Shown here one piece after another: positions 1 through 20,700 of a stretch of 64,000 bases of DNA. The notes beneath the pieces are model-generated. The model saw nothing but the letters and a program-made list of their open reading frames with translations, made no database searches and was not told the DNA's origin. Source of the DNA: Antedon mediterranea. Lineage: Eukaryota > Animalia > Echinodermata. The first letter of the stretch is position 1. Every line of letters starts with the position of its first letter. The stretch lies in assembly GCF_964355755.1 (NCBI RefSeq), contig NC_092677.1, positions 13,786,101-13,850,100 of the forward strand. The letters run 5' to 3'. The position numbers and the translations under genes are program-made.

Positions 1-264
1 GGTGATCAGATCTAAATGTGCGCTTAAATTTAAACCCTAAAAAAATATATATAGGCTTATGCCAACTTATGAATCTCAACATTTCTTAATATTAGACTGT
101 AAAATAATACTGAATATATTAATTTGACAGTGAACAAGCAAAAAATAAATATTGAGGTACAGATTTTGAATTTAATATTTAAAGTGAACTATTTTGAAAT
201 TTAAATTGCACCATTAAACATAGCATAAAACTTACTGATGGTATATTTGTTTACGTTTGAATTC

Positions 265-455
265 AGGGCCTTTCACACCTGTTCCTGCACAGTTCCGGTC
301 TGGCACCGGCAAATCAAAACGAACGTTGATGTTTTGTTTTGACGCGGCTACGTGCATAACTATTGGTGTATAGCCATGTGGAGTGTCATGAAAACGAAAC
401 ATTTGATTTCAATTTGATTTGCCAGAGCCGGACCGGAACAGGTGTGAAAGACCCT
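265..455. mobile_element. MITE with long TIRs (AGGG.CTTTCACACCTGTTCC)
   Basis: 5' AGGGCCTTTCACACCTGTTCC vs 3' GGAACAGGTGTGAAAGACCCT, with further internal inverted homology. Confidence 0.8.
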
Positions 456-827
456 TTACGCATGAGGCCCAGCCACAAAATTATATAGACATAAGGGAGA
501 CTTAGATCTCACTATCTATAAATTAGGTATATGTCATATCTATATTCTCTACAGTAATAGATATGACACAAAACACATAGTTATTTAAACGCCTTTGGTC
601 AACTTCTTGATGAGTTTATATATACCCACAACCACACATGTCATTTTGAATTAGCATTGCGTAATGAGCCAAGCATCAGCAACATTCGAAGTTTAAAAAC
701 TGGCTTTTTATTAATTGTAGAAAAGATTCTTTGATCTTACAGCATTTTGTAGTATTGACAATTTAGTAAATTGTTTTAATTATGGAATTTGAAAACATCT
801 CTTTCTCTCTTGAATTCTGATGCAAGG

Positions 828-7474
<6,647 letters not shown>

Positions 7475-8140
7475 TATTCATACATAGGCCTATGTACACG
7501 ACAATTCAAAAACCTATTAATTTACAAAAAAACATATGATTTAGTCTTCAATTGTTCTCAACTTTATTTGATTCACCGCCAAGAAAAAACCGTCAGATCA
7601 GTTGTTTTCATTTTTGGAAGGTCCATCCATAAACTTTGACCTGAATGTGACCTTTTCTTCTTTTTTTTAATTATTGCGTTTGACGGCTACTTGCGTTTCG
7701 TTTTTGTATACAAACGCGTCATAGACCAAAAATCCCCTTATAGTTCAGTAATCTTCGAAAAAGATCAGAAAGTGTTGTTGTTATGCATGATGAAGGTCAT
7801 ATATTTTATTTAATTATTTTATATAAAATAATTACTTCCGGTTATAGATAGGTAGTAAACGTCAATCAACCCATACTGAACGCGGACAAAACAGGATTAG
7901 CGAGAAATGCAGGTTAAAGCAATGTATTGGATTGTCTTTGGAGAATTTTACAGTAGGCGGAGGTATTGATGATAAAAGAAGAGAATAAAAAAAAATTGTG
8001 TAAATTGCTGACTAAAAATAAAACGCGTTTTCAAATAAAGGAGATCGAGGAAAAGAAAACGCAATCATCATATGCATTATTCTGAGCAACATGGCCGCGT
8101 TGTGACAAGCAGAAAGTATCTCATAAAAAAGTAAATAATA
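7475..8140. promoter_or_regulatory. Probable bidirectional promoter PHAF1/PIGN with probable non-coding first PIGN exon
   Basis: Divergent genes; ETS-like ACTTCCGG (~7834), YY1-like AACATGGCCG (~8088), donor-like AAAAA/gtaaat at 8131, and acceptor ttcacag ending 8722 just upstream of the PIGN ATG. Confidence 0.55.
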
Positions 8141-8744
8141 ACCTACATTAAAATAAGATTTATTATATTAAATATTGTTTATAATTTGTTGAATAGCCAT
8201 GTTTTAGTCTGCTGGTTTTTAGGTTTATACTTTATTTCATCGACAAAGCTAGGCCAATTACCTGTGTAACTTACCTTATGTAAGCGGCTTAAAACATAGT
8301 TTATTGGGTGCCTTTTTATTACAGGAAGTGATCAATGGGCCTAGCTGTTTTTATACTTACTATGAATTCTTTTAGCCCTATATTTTTTTTTTCAAGTTTC
8401 ATGACGTTTTTTCATATTGAAAGAAGCACTGAATGAATGAAAATAAGTTTTAAAAATGATTTGTCGCCAATCATCCATTTTAATTAATTAATAATATTAA
8501 TACACTACTGTACTGTATACCCTTCTTGGTTTGGTTTCGAGACTTGGAGGCCGCCTATGCTCATTTGTCCCTCCATTGTTTTGTGGGGATTGTAAGGAAA
8601 AACTGGCTAATGCATGAAGTAGTGGCTAATATCACTTCTTAATACTGTACTTAAATTCTGGGCTGGACAACTTTACATAACATTAAATAAATTACAGTTG
8701 TATTTTTTTCATTTGTTCACAGATTTCCCATATAAAAACACAAC

Positions 8745-11700
8745 ATGGACTCATGGTTAGTAATAGTTGGTTTCCTTGTTCATCTTGTTTTCTTCATGTC
8801 GATCTTTGACATATACTTCACCTCACCATTGGTGCATGGTATGACACCAAAGGCTACCAACATACCACCACCAGCTGACCGATTGGTACTGATTGTTGCC
8901 GATGGACTGAGGGCTGATAAACTATTTAAACGGGAGAGTGATAAGCAATTAACGGCTCCGTTCTTAAGGTATGTTGAGTTGACTTTTCATTTTGTCAGAA
9001 ATGTTCCATTTAATTGGTGTCTGTCAAGAAGTAGTATTTAAAAATGTATGTAATCTTTCATCAGTTTACACCATGGACCTTTTATAGGTCCATGGTTATT
9101 ATAATATAGTAAAAACCTACTTTCATTTTTACTTGTGTGTTTTTCTTTGCTTTCTGTAAAAATGCGATTTCTATCCTTTTTTAGCCCCAGTAGCTGTTGC
9201 TATTCCAGCATGAAACAGCATAGTTTAAACAAGATATTACAGTACTTTTAGAGACTTAATTAATATCATTGTGGTTGGCTCTAAATAACAGAGACTAATA
9301 ATAGGTTGATTGATTGATTGAATTTGATTGAATTTATTTGGTTCATACATAAAATACAGGTTATATAGTGCATTTATATTTTGTGCTCTATATTTTTATT
9401 ATGTTTTTTTGTTATCAATTTTTATAGTGCCCTCTCTTGTTTAGTTTATGCTTTTTTCTCAAGATATTTCATTTTTCCAAGTTGAGACCTCTGATATGAT
9501 ATTTTATTTATTGCATAAAGGTGGCCTATCCAGTTGCAGTAAAGGAATTGATCATTATTGAAGGCCCTCAAATAAACATATGAAATATTCAAAACAAGTT
9601 ATTCTAATCCTAATGATTTACATCTGTGTTTAATTTTACATTTTATTAAATTTGGAAAATAATCATTATCAACAGAAAAAAAATTGAACTAGAAGGAAGT
9701 TGGGGTGTGTCTCACACTAGAGTTCCCACCGAATCTCGACCAGGACATGTAGCTCTCATTGCTGGGTTTTATGAAGATGTTAGTGCCATTGCAAAAGGTA
9801 AAATTATTTCTCTTTCAAACAAACAGTTTAGACATATGAAATAGATGTCATAGTCTTTGCATAAAAACAAATCATCTTTTAACTTAGTTCTTTAAAGAAA
9901 TAATTTCTGAGATTGATGATAATTGTTAATTTGGAAGATTTTTAAGGCGAGGCGTTTTTTTGGGTGAAATATGGTACCATAATCAAATAAATATATATGA
10001 AAATTAAAAAAAAAACCAATTAATATCTTGTGATAAAATACAGTAAAAATTATATCAAAATGCTTGAAAAAAATGATAGTGTGTACTTTATATATGTGTT
10101 GCGCATATTCAAGGGAGGTGCGGTGCGTTTGTTGAAGGGAGGTGTTTATTTGAATAAATACTGTATATTTTTAAAAACTTGCCGTAATATTAATGTAAAA
10201 AGTAAAGGTCGGGTTTTTGCTTTGAAATGTTAACTATATAAGACATACAATAATATATTCTGTAGGCTGGAAAGAAAACCCTGTTGATTTTGATTCAGTC
10301 TTTAACCAGAGCTCTTACACCTGGTCATGGGGTAGTCCAGACATCCTGCCAATGTTTGCAAAAGGTGAGTTTTTAAATTATGCAAATCAGAGTTTAAACA
10401 ACTCAATTTTATAAAATACTGAGGAATTATTTGAAGAGCTCTATAAAAGAAGAAGTAGAAGACCTCCTTTGGGACTCCCTAAGCTACTAACACATGTTCT
10501 GTTCACAGAACAAAAGACAGCGCCGTTCAATTGGTATTATTTTTCATTATTTACCCACAAAATGCTATCTTCCTTTCCGTGTAATGGAATAAGAGTAGAT
10601 GTAGATTACCTGTAAAACAAATAAGAGGAAATATATGTTTTAACACTACAGCTACAGTGAACCCTATTCAGGGTACATCTCTCTGACACATTGTTGGTCG
10701 TGAAAATGTTTCGTATATTCTACTGCAGTGAATACAAAAATTTTTATTCTATACACTGTACTGTACCAATTGATCTGTATTTTTAGGAGCAACTGGGGAT
10801 CATGTTTTTACCAATATGTACCCTGCTGAAAGTGAGGATTTTGCAGGATCAGATGCCTCTAAGCTTGACACTTGGGTATTCGATGAAGTCCAGGTACTGA
10901 CAAATGTGTTGACCGTTTTGCTTATTTTAGAAAAAATTTTCTAATGCCCATTTGAAATTTGTCTTTGAATGAGTTTATACTTTAATGATTTGCGATTTAT
11001 GTTTATTTTCTTTTAAAATTATGTTTCTGGTATGGTAATGCTGGTAAATTGTTTTTTTTTTACATTTTTTGACATTTTACATTTCAAAACCAGTCATCAT
11101 TGATTTAACCTGGACATTTCTGGTAACAAGCTGAATTTTTTCAAGATTACTCTAGGAATTACATGTCAGTATCTATAGTATACAATGCTTTCCTTCATAT
11201 AGAATGTGTCTCTCTTTTAACAGAAGTTTTTAAATGAATCCAAAAACGACGAGAACATGCACAAGAAGTTGACTTCAACAAAAGTAGTGTTGTTTCTGCA
11301 TCTTCTTGGTATTGATACAAATGGGCATGGTAACAAGCCATACTCTAAGGAGTACCTGGAGAATATCCAGGTGGTTGATACAGGTGTTCAACAGCTGGAA
11401 CAGCAGGTTGAGGAATACTTTGACAATGATGGCAAGACAGCGTATGTGCTTACAGCTGATCATGGAATGACTGATTGGGGTAAACCTTGATTTATTTACA
11501 AATTTTTACCTAAATATTGTAGTGATATGCCCAAATATGGTAGTGAATATGACATCATCATGTTCATATTTGTGCACATCACATTGTTTTTGTCGCATAA
11601 AGTTTGATAGTGTAGTAAGAGCTTTAGATTCAAAACAGCATAGAGAACAACTACAAAATGTATTGACATGCATTAAGCAATGGCTAACTGTGAATAATTT

Positions 11701-14700
11701 ATACAATAAGCAATTTATCCAATATCTTTGTACCTGATACATTAAAATTGTATTTTCCCTCTCAGATTTAGTATTAGGGAGCTTTTGATTTGCGACTACG
11801 AACCTAGGTCAGGTCAATCGATGTGTCGTCGGTCGGCGTCTGGACCTTAAAACCTTCAAACTTGTGTCAAGGCCAGGAGCGAAGACATGCGTCCCAATAT
11901 TCCCACATGCGCATAATGAACTAACTGACATAGTTTGATCGTCGATTATCAGTCGTCACAAAGCGACAGCTCTCTATTTTGGTACTTAGTATATACAGTA
12001 CCCATCAAATTCAATTCATGCACCCTCTACAGTTTTAGTGTTACATGCATATGCAGTCAACTATCCCAATACCATACTTCGGGTTGGCCAAATATGTCTG
12101 GTATTTGGAATGTGTTTGTAATGGTGAAAATCAATTTGAGACTGTTTTGAAAAAGAAAAGTCCGGTATTTGGAGAGTTTCCGATTTTCAGAGAGTCCGGT
12201 ATTGGGAGAGTTGACTGTACCATAGAACAATGAAAGGATTAATGTGACTAAATTTTAATGTTGCATTCTTTAGGGTCACATGGTGCAGGTCATCCAGATG
12301 AGACATTGACCCCACTTGTTGCCTGGGGTGCTGGAATCAACAAAGCTAGACCAGGCAATAAAAAGGACTTCCAGGACAATTTCATTGAAGGTAATCTTTC
12401 AGTGTTTTTGTTTTTTACTATAAAAATCAACATTTATTATTTTATAATATCATTTTATTTTAGTTACATTTTAGTTTTCATTGAATAATATTGATATTTT
12501 TATATAAAAAATAAATTAAATGAGAATGTTTAAACAAAAGATTTCCATATGTAAACAAACAGGAATCACTTGTCAAGTCCAAATGTTCTATGACTTTATT
12601 ATACTTTATAGATGACATTATAACACACCTAAATAAATTGTTGACATTTGATTGGATGATTGTGGGTCACATGGAATTGAATAGACTGTATTCTATTAAA
12701 CTCTGATGTCAGTGTATATTCTTGTTGTGTCTACACAGTGAAAAAAACCTTGTAGTGTCTGTAAGTGTTTGCCCCATTGCACTCATAAACATGTATTTAT
12801 TTGTATACCTACAGTGCCTTGTAATAACAATAATGATCAATTATGCTTTTTTATCCATACCAAATAAAAGGCAATTTTCCCATATTTGTTTGTATTTCTT
12901 TGTAAAAGCGAACTCATTTATACTCAACAGAATGGAAGATTGAGAACCGACGCTGTGATGTTAACCAAGCTGATATAGCGACTCTTATGGCATCCCTGAT
13001 TGGTATAGCATATCCCATGAACTCAGTCGGTGTCCTACCCATTGGCTACCTTAACATCAGTGAAGAATATAAAGCCAAAAGCTTGTTGACAAATGCTAAG
13101 CAAATCTTAGCTCAATATCAGGTAAAACATTCATTTCTGATGATGATGATGAAGTTTGGTAATGGCCTTCTACTTTCAAAACTGTTTTGTGGTCTAAAGG
13201 TCTGTCTACACTATCAAACTATTTTGACAAAAAAAGTGTGATGTGCCCAAATATGGTAGTGATATGACATCACCATGTCCATATATGGGCACATCACATT
13301 TTTTAGTGTAGACAGAGCTTTAAACGTTTTAGTTCAGTTTTCTTGATAGTTGGATGCTCTGGTGTTTTTAACTGTACATTGTTTGCAGAATTTGACAGCC
13401 TTTGTATAGTTTTTTTTTGAATGAATAAATATACATGAATATGTTTTTCAACAGACAGCAGATTTAAATATTATGTAAATGAAGCTAAACAATTTGTTCT
13501 GCACACTTTGAGAATTCTCTCATATTTCAGTTTTTTATTTTATCTGAAGGTTAAAGAAAACCATATGCGTGACACAACCCTAACTGTGTTCTTTAAACCA
13601 TTCCATTTTCTTACTGACAAACATCAGAAGTCGAAGGTTAAAGAAATTGAGAGGTACATCTTGCAAAAGCAATATGATCTTTCAGTAAGTATAAATAGCA
13701 AATATTATAGATTCTAAATTATACTAAAATAGATTTATAAATGAGGGCGTGTGGCTCACTGTGTTGCACGCTGGATTACCGATCATGAGATTGTGGTTCG
13801 AATCGAACTCTCGCCACATTGCTTATATCCTTAGGCAAGACACTTATATTAGCCTCTCTTCACCCAGGTGTATAAAATGGGTACCCGGTTAGATGAATAC
13901 ACAACTTTGTGCTAATTAATAGCTACATTGTGGGAGTATTCAGTATGTTTCCATATGTGTTAGATCCAAAAAATGATCGGGGTAATAATGCTATGTGAAG
14001 CACCTTTGAGCATAATTGTCTCTACTCCACCTAAGCGCTGTCTACACTATCAAACTTCTTATGACAAAAAAACGTGATGTGCCCATATACAGTATGGACA
14101 TGATGATGTCATATCACTACCATATTTTGGACACAGTTTTTTTGTCAAACTAGTTTGATAGTGTACCCCCAGCTTTAAATTGATCTGCAAACTTTACCCT
14201 CTACTAAATGTTTATTTTTTCTGCAAAAGTTTAAACAAGGAAAGTGATATTTTTTAATATATATTTGTGAGTAAATCGGTTTTATCATTTTCATATTCGA
14301 ATTAATTTTTTAGATGAAAGCCTCAATGGAATTGATTAAAGAATGTCTTGATGGGCTGAATTACTACCAGACTTATAACAGGTTCTTTCTAGGGTATGTT
14401 AAAGTATTGTCATAATCATTGAGATACTATAACGGCTAGAGAGTGAACTATGTGAGATTGAAGTTAAGACTGCTGTATCTGTTCAAAATATTTAGGACCT
14501 AAAAATGACCTAAAATATTACATTTATTTATTTTTGTATTTTATTTGATGTCTTTAGGCACATGTGGCCAAGAATTATCAATAGTAAATTAATCCATGTC
14601 CTATCAGATAGGTGGTAATCACAGGGGTCGTTTTTTAAACCAGTTCACCGGGGTAAACTTCAAAGTGCGCACTGTCAAACTGTGTACACAGGAACTACAT

Positions 14701-17700
14701 TTTATAGTGTATTGGTGTATCTGATTGGTTGATTTAAGTCAGCCATATTTCGTGTTAATGTCATATTTGAGCCTAATGTTGAATTGCTCGAGATACAATT
14801 TATATGTTTTAAATCTGTTGTTTTTATTATATTTTAGGGCTAGCATAGCTTGTGGATACATTGGCTGGATGCTTTACATCTTTCAGCATCTTCTACGTAA
14901 CCATACTAGCATCACTGTCAGTAGGCCTTCCAGCCCTACACGAGTGCTGTCGCAACAAGCTCTGGATCTGTTCTTCGCAGGCCTAGCTATTACCATAGCC
15001 ATTCTGCTCTACTGTCAACATTCTCCTATTGTTTACTATGTGTATGTCTGTCTTCCACTACCTTTGTGGTATCAAGTTCTTAAAAGGTACTGTATCTCAA
15101 TTTTTTTACTGTAGTATCATAGACAGATTCCGTGATACAGTAACACATTGTACAGCATGTGATACCTGTATCATAAGAACCATGTCATATGTGATGATGC
15201 ATTAAAAAAATTATTCCATAATACAGAATTTACATGTGACACACATGTTTATACAGATCTTGCCTATGATACTGAACTATTACAATGTTTTGTAAATACA
15301 TTACCGAGAACCAAAGGATATTGTCATTTAATACATTGAACTATAAAACTTTAATTTGTTTGGGAACACTATTGGGCAATATTTTTCATAGTAGATGTAT
15401 ATGATAAAGAAATGATGTCAATATTATCAACATTTTATCAATATATGAGTTTTTATTTAAATATAAATTATTATTTTTTTTAGAGTTGACATATTGAAAC
15501 AGATGTTTCAGTACATTAAATCCAATAATATGCAATTACAAATTATATGTTATATTGTAATTGCAATTGGGGCTTTGGAAGTGTTGGTGTTGAGTCTGTT
15601 TTATCGTGAAGTCATCTCCTTAGGCTTAGTAAGCCTAGCCGTCTGGGCACTATTGTCTTCGGATGTTCTACAAAAGAAAGTAAGTCTGATATACTGTAGC
15701 TAGGTGGTTAAGATGCTTGGGTAAAATTTTGTCCAGATTTTTTCTCTTGATAAAAACAACTCCACTTTAAAAAAACAATTCAAAGAATTTGTTTATGTAG
15801 GAAATCTTGTATGTACGTTTGTCTTGAATGGATTGTCACCTGTATAGGATATACAAGTGGGTTGTGCATGGTTTTTTTAAACTAGACAAGAGGACCAGTA
15901 AAATTACATTTTTACTGGTCCTCCACTCCATTTACTGGTCCTCCACTCCATTTACTGGTCCTCCACTCTATTTAATGGTCCTCCACTCCATTTACTGGTC
16001 CTCCACTCCATTTACTGGTTCTCCACTCCATTTACTGGTCCTCCAGTCCATTTACTGGTCCTCCACTCCATTTACTGGTCTTCCACTCTATTTACTGGTC
16101 CTCCACTCCATTTACTGGTCCTCCACTCCATTTACGTGTTCTCCACTCCATTTACTGGTCCTCCACTCCATTTACTGGTCCTCCACTCTATTTACTGGTC
16201 CTCCACTCCATTTACTGGTTCTCCACTCCATTTACTGGTTCTCCACTCTATTTACTGGTCCTCCACTCCATTTACTGGTCTTCCACTCTATTTACTGGTC
16301 CTCCACTCCATTTACTAATTCTCCACTCCATTTACTGGTCCTCCACTCCATTTACTGGTCACAGAATATGGGTATAATAGGGAGGCCTTCAATTAACTAA
16401 AAATCAGGTACTAATTTGTTTTTGACATGTTGTACTCCTGATATGTACTTTTTAACAGGTATTGTTAGGATGGATTATGTCATGTCTAATTTTAGCAATA
16501 TTTCCCATGATGCCTGTTGTTGGCAGAGAGCCAAATCTTCAACTTGTGTAAGTGTTCTTTGCTTTTTTTTATAAATGATTAAAACTGATAATATGACAAT
16601 AGAATAATAATTCATACATTGTATAAAGTACAAACAAGTTAGGAACCATACAATATATTGATTTCAGATCCATTCAGAAATTGAACTTCTATTTTAATCT
16701 AAATTTAATTTTTCTTGCTTGTAGATTCCAGCGATATATATTAAATGTATGATTATTGATATGCACTTTAATTACTGATTAAATAATATTGGTTAATTAA
16801 TTTTAAAAATATGGCTGCATGTAAGTGTCTATTGTATTTGTAACATGTGTTTAAATTGCATTTTAAATTATCATTTTAAAAACTATCTACAATAAAACAA
16901 TTTATAAACATATGTTAATTTATGTTTTTTTTTTGGCCTGTTTTCTATTCATTAAAAAAGAAAAACTATCCACAATAAAAAGATGTGTAAGCATGTTAAT
17001 TTATGTATCTTTCAGGTCTTTGGCCAGTTTTCTATGCATAAGTGTATTCATCATCGCTAGTATACTTAAATCCAGGTATTTGTTCATCTCTGGCATTTCA
17101 ACTATCAAAATAGTGCAATTTGTTATACTCTGCCTTGCAATATTCATCGTCCATTCAACAAGTAGAAATATACAAGCGAAGGAAGGACTTCCCGTAATTA
17201 ATCAAGTCCTCAGTTGGATGATTTTATTGTTGTCTTTCGTGCTGCCGCTTTTAACCTCTGACCTCATAGTTGAAAGGTTATTCAGCATAGCATCTGCATT
17301 TGTTTCTGTATATTTGCTGATGACTACAGCGTATCCTTTTGATATATTTTACTAGAAAAGATATATGCATTTTCAAATGTAGTTTAAAACCTTCCCAATA
17401 CCTTTGCAGTCATTTTGATGCCCCATGTAGATTGGATGACGTGTGCAATTACAAGTATGTATATAATAACAAAAACACTCTAGTATAAATCCTGTTTTGG
17501 GACACCCCTATTCAAGAATACACCCCTATTCAAGAATACACCCCTATTCAAGAATACACCCCTATTCAAGAATACACCCCTATTCAAGAATACACCCCTA
17601 TTCAAGAATACACCCCTATTCAAGAATACACCCCTATTCAAGAATACACCCCTATTCAAGAATACACCCCTATTCAAGAATACACCCCTATTCAAGAATA

Positions 17701-20700
17701 CACCCCTATTCAAGAATACACCCCTATTCAAGAATACACCCCTATTCAAGAATACACCCCTATTCAAGAATACACCCCTATTCAAGAATACACCCCTATT
17801 CAAGAATACACCCCTATTCAAGAATACACCCCTATTCAAGAATACACCCCTATTCAAGAATACACCCCTATTCAAGAATACACCCCTATTCAAGAATACA
17901 CCCCTATTCAAGAATACACCCCTATTCAAGAATACACCCCTATTCAAGAATACACCCCTATTCAAGAATACACCCCTATTCAAGAATACACCCCTATTCA
18001 AGAATACACCCCTATTCAAGAATACACCCCTATTCAAGAATACACCCCTATTCAAGAATACACCCCTATTCAAGAATACACCCCTATTCAAGAATACACC
18101 CCTATTCAAGAATACACCCCTATTCAAGAATACACCCCTATTCAAGAATACACCCCTATTCAAGAATACACCCCTATTCAAGAATACACCCCTATTCAAG
18201 AATACACCCCTATTCAAGAATACACCCCTATTCAAGAATACACCCCTATTCAAGAATACACCCCTATTCAAGAATACACCCCTATTCAAGAATACACCCC
18301 TATTCAAGAATACACCCCTATTCAAGAATACACCCCTATTCAAGAATACACCCCTATTCAAGAATACACCCCTATTCAAGAATACACCCCTATTCAAGAA
18401 TACACCCCTATTCAAGAATACACCCCTATTCAAGAATACACCCCTATTCAAGAATACACCCCTATTCAAGAATACACCCCTATTCAAGAATACACCTCTA
18501 TTCAAGAATACACCCCTATTCAAGAATACACCCCTATTCAAAAATACACCCCTATTCAAGAATACACCCCTATTCAAGAATACACCCCTATTCAGGGGGA
18601 CACTTCAAGAGGAAACCCCTATTCAGAGGGACAATCCTATTCAGGGGACACCCCTATTAAGAGAACACTTCCCGACAAACAAGCAAGAAGCAACATATTA
18701 CAATTATTTAACTTTCTTGTATATAAGGTTTTATTGTAACTGTTTGTATTGTATGGAGTGAGTGCAGTTCTTTACTTCTCATTCCTGGTTATTTTTCATT
18801 GATCACCGAATAAATATTATTATTATTATTATAACAATACTCCTATTATGATTACACTTTGTTGGGTTCCGGATGTGTCCTCTTAATAGGGTTCTAGTGA
18901 CATATTTAAAATATATTTTACCCACAAAGTTAAGTTTGATTTTCATGTGATGAAAGTTTTTAATTTACTATATATTTTGAAATTAATATGTACAATAAGA
19001 ATAGTACTGTATATTGATGATAGATTATCCTTTACAAATACCAACAGACATGAGGGTTTATTTTGCCTTGCACTGTGCTTCACTCTTTTTTCATGGCTTC
19101 TTGTGGAACTGGAGCTATGTGGGTCATCCAACAAGGTTTTTATTATTTTAATTTTGTTAACGATGTAAATGACAAACAGGAGCACTTATATTTATAGATA
19201 ATGTATTAAACATGACAAAATGAGTGGATTTAGAGATATTCATGTTGACCCTGGTTCCCCCCTCCTTTTCGGAGGATTCTTATCGGTCAAGCAATTGTCC
19301 ATCTTAACTGATATAAAAATGTGAATTTCCTGAAGAAGCCAACAACACTGCATAGTTTTGAGCCGTTGCTGCCTGCTGCTGATACCTTACCATTAGAAAT
19401 TTTATAGTATTGTTTTTTAGTTTTAGTTAACTCATCTCTCTTTAGAATTATAAAGTCTCTCCTTTAGTTGATTCCTATAGGTTTAAAATAGCCTCCTTGC
19501 TAGACCACCAATCTTAAAGATGTATTGTCCCCCAAAAACCTGAAAGACTTCGAATAGGCCATTTTACAGTTTTAATAAAGTTATTCACTTCTGTAGAAAA
19601 AAAAAATCCAAAAAATTATTTCACAACATAAAAATACAAAAGAAATTCTAACCAAAAAGCAATTGTCTGACAGACAATGGAGGTGTATTTTGCTCTAAAT
19701 TACATTTTTTTCCGATCCAGTTTTTTTAATAACTATTATGTAACATTAAAATGTAGACATTTTTTTAGAAAATAATATTCATGTTTTATAATTCCTTTAT
19801 TTTGTTTTCTTTTTAGCTGTGTCATCTTCAGTTTGAAAGACGAAAGCTTCTTGACGATGGTCCGTCTCGGCATTTATCGCTCAGTGATATACGTGTTGGT
19901 TACTTCTTCATCTTTTTTCTGCTTACTGCTTATTTTGGAACTGGAAATATAGCAAGTATCAACAGGTAACAGATAAACAGTATACATATAGTGTATTTCA
20001 GATTCTATATTTGATTCATTTCAATACCACATTAAAAAAATTTCCCTAACTTTCAGTGCTGTGACAATATTGGTTCCATATCGGATCTTATAGGAATAAT
20101 CGGTAATACAGCATCTCATGTGTATCACATGTTGTGCCTGTCTCATGTAAGGTTTAGAGTTACATATGGTCTATGGTCCTCACTGAGGACAAAATATTAA
20201 ATATTAATATTATTAATATTAATATTAATATTAATACAAAATGATACTAGGCGATACATGTGAAACATATGGAATGCTGTATTATCAAATATTCCTATGA
20301 TACTGGAAAAATATATAGATACAATACCGAGAATCGGGTGTAAAAAATAGTCGAGAACAATGTTTAGATGATCCTATTCCTATCAAAGTTAAGTACTTGG
20401 TTGGTTTAATTCAAATGTTATATTTTAATGTGTGAGCCTCTTCTGAAACATATCAGAGATATATCGGAATTACATCAGTTTTGTCAGAATTAACGACACA
20501 CAGGTATAAGAGAGTTGACCAATCAAACGAGAATTTACTCGTTTTGTTAGCTGTCCTCACGTTTGAGAACATCAGGCCATCATTGACTGTTCACATTTGC
20601 GTGAGAGAAACCAACAATTTATGTGCTTCATATATTTTATTATTTCATTTTACTTTTTAGAAAAATATAATGATTTGGATCATCTTAAGTCTATTGTATG

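Noticed and set aside
8091-8105. ATG GCC GCG TTG TGA as the PIGN start
   Set aside because: Stops after 4 codons; better explained as a YY1-like motif or tiny uORF, and the conserved PIGN N-terminus begins at 8745.
15828-16400. 190-aa repetitive ORF
   Set aside because: Product of the 20-bp minisatellite in a PIGN intron.
17480-18660. 365-aa (NRGVFL)n and 387-aa (RIHPYS)n ORFs
   Set aside because: Translations of an 18-bp intronic minisatellite that lacks stops in these frames.
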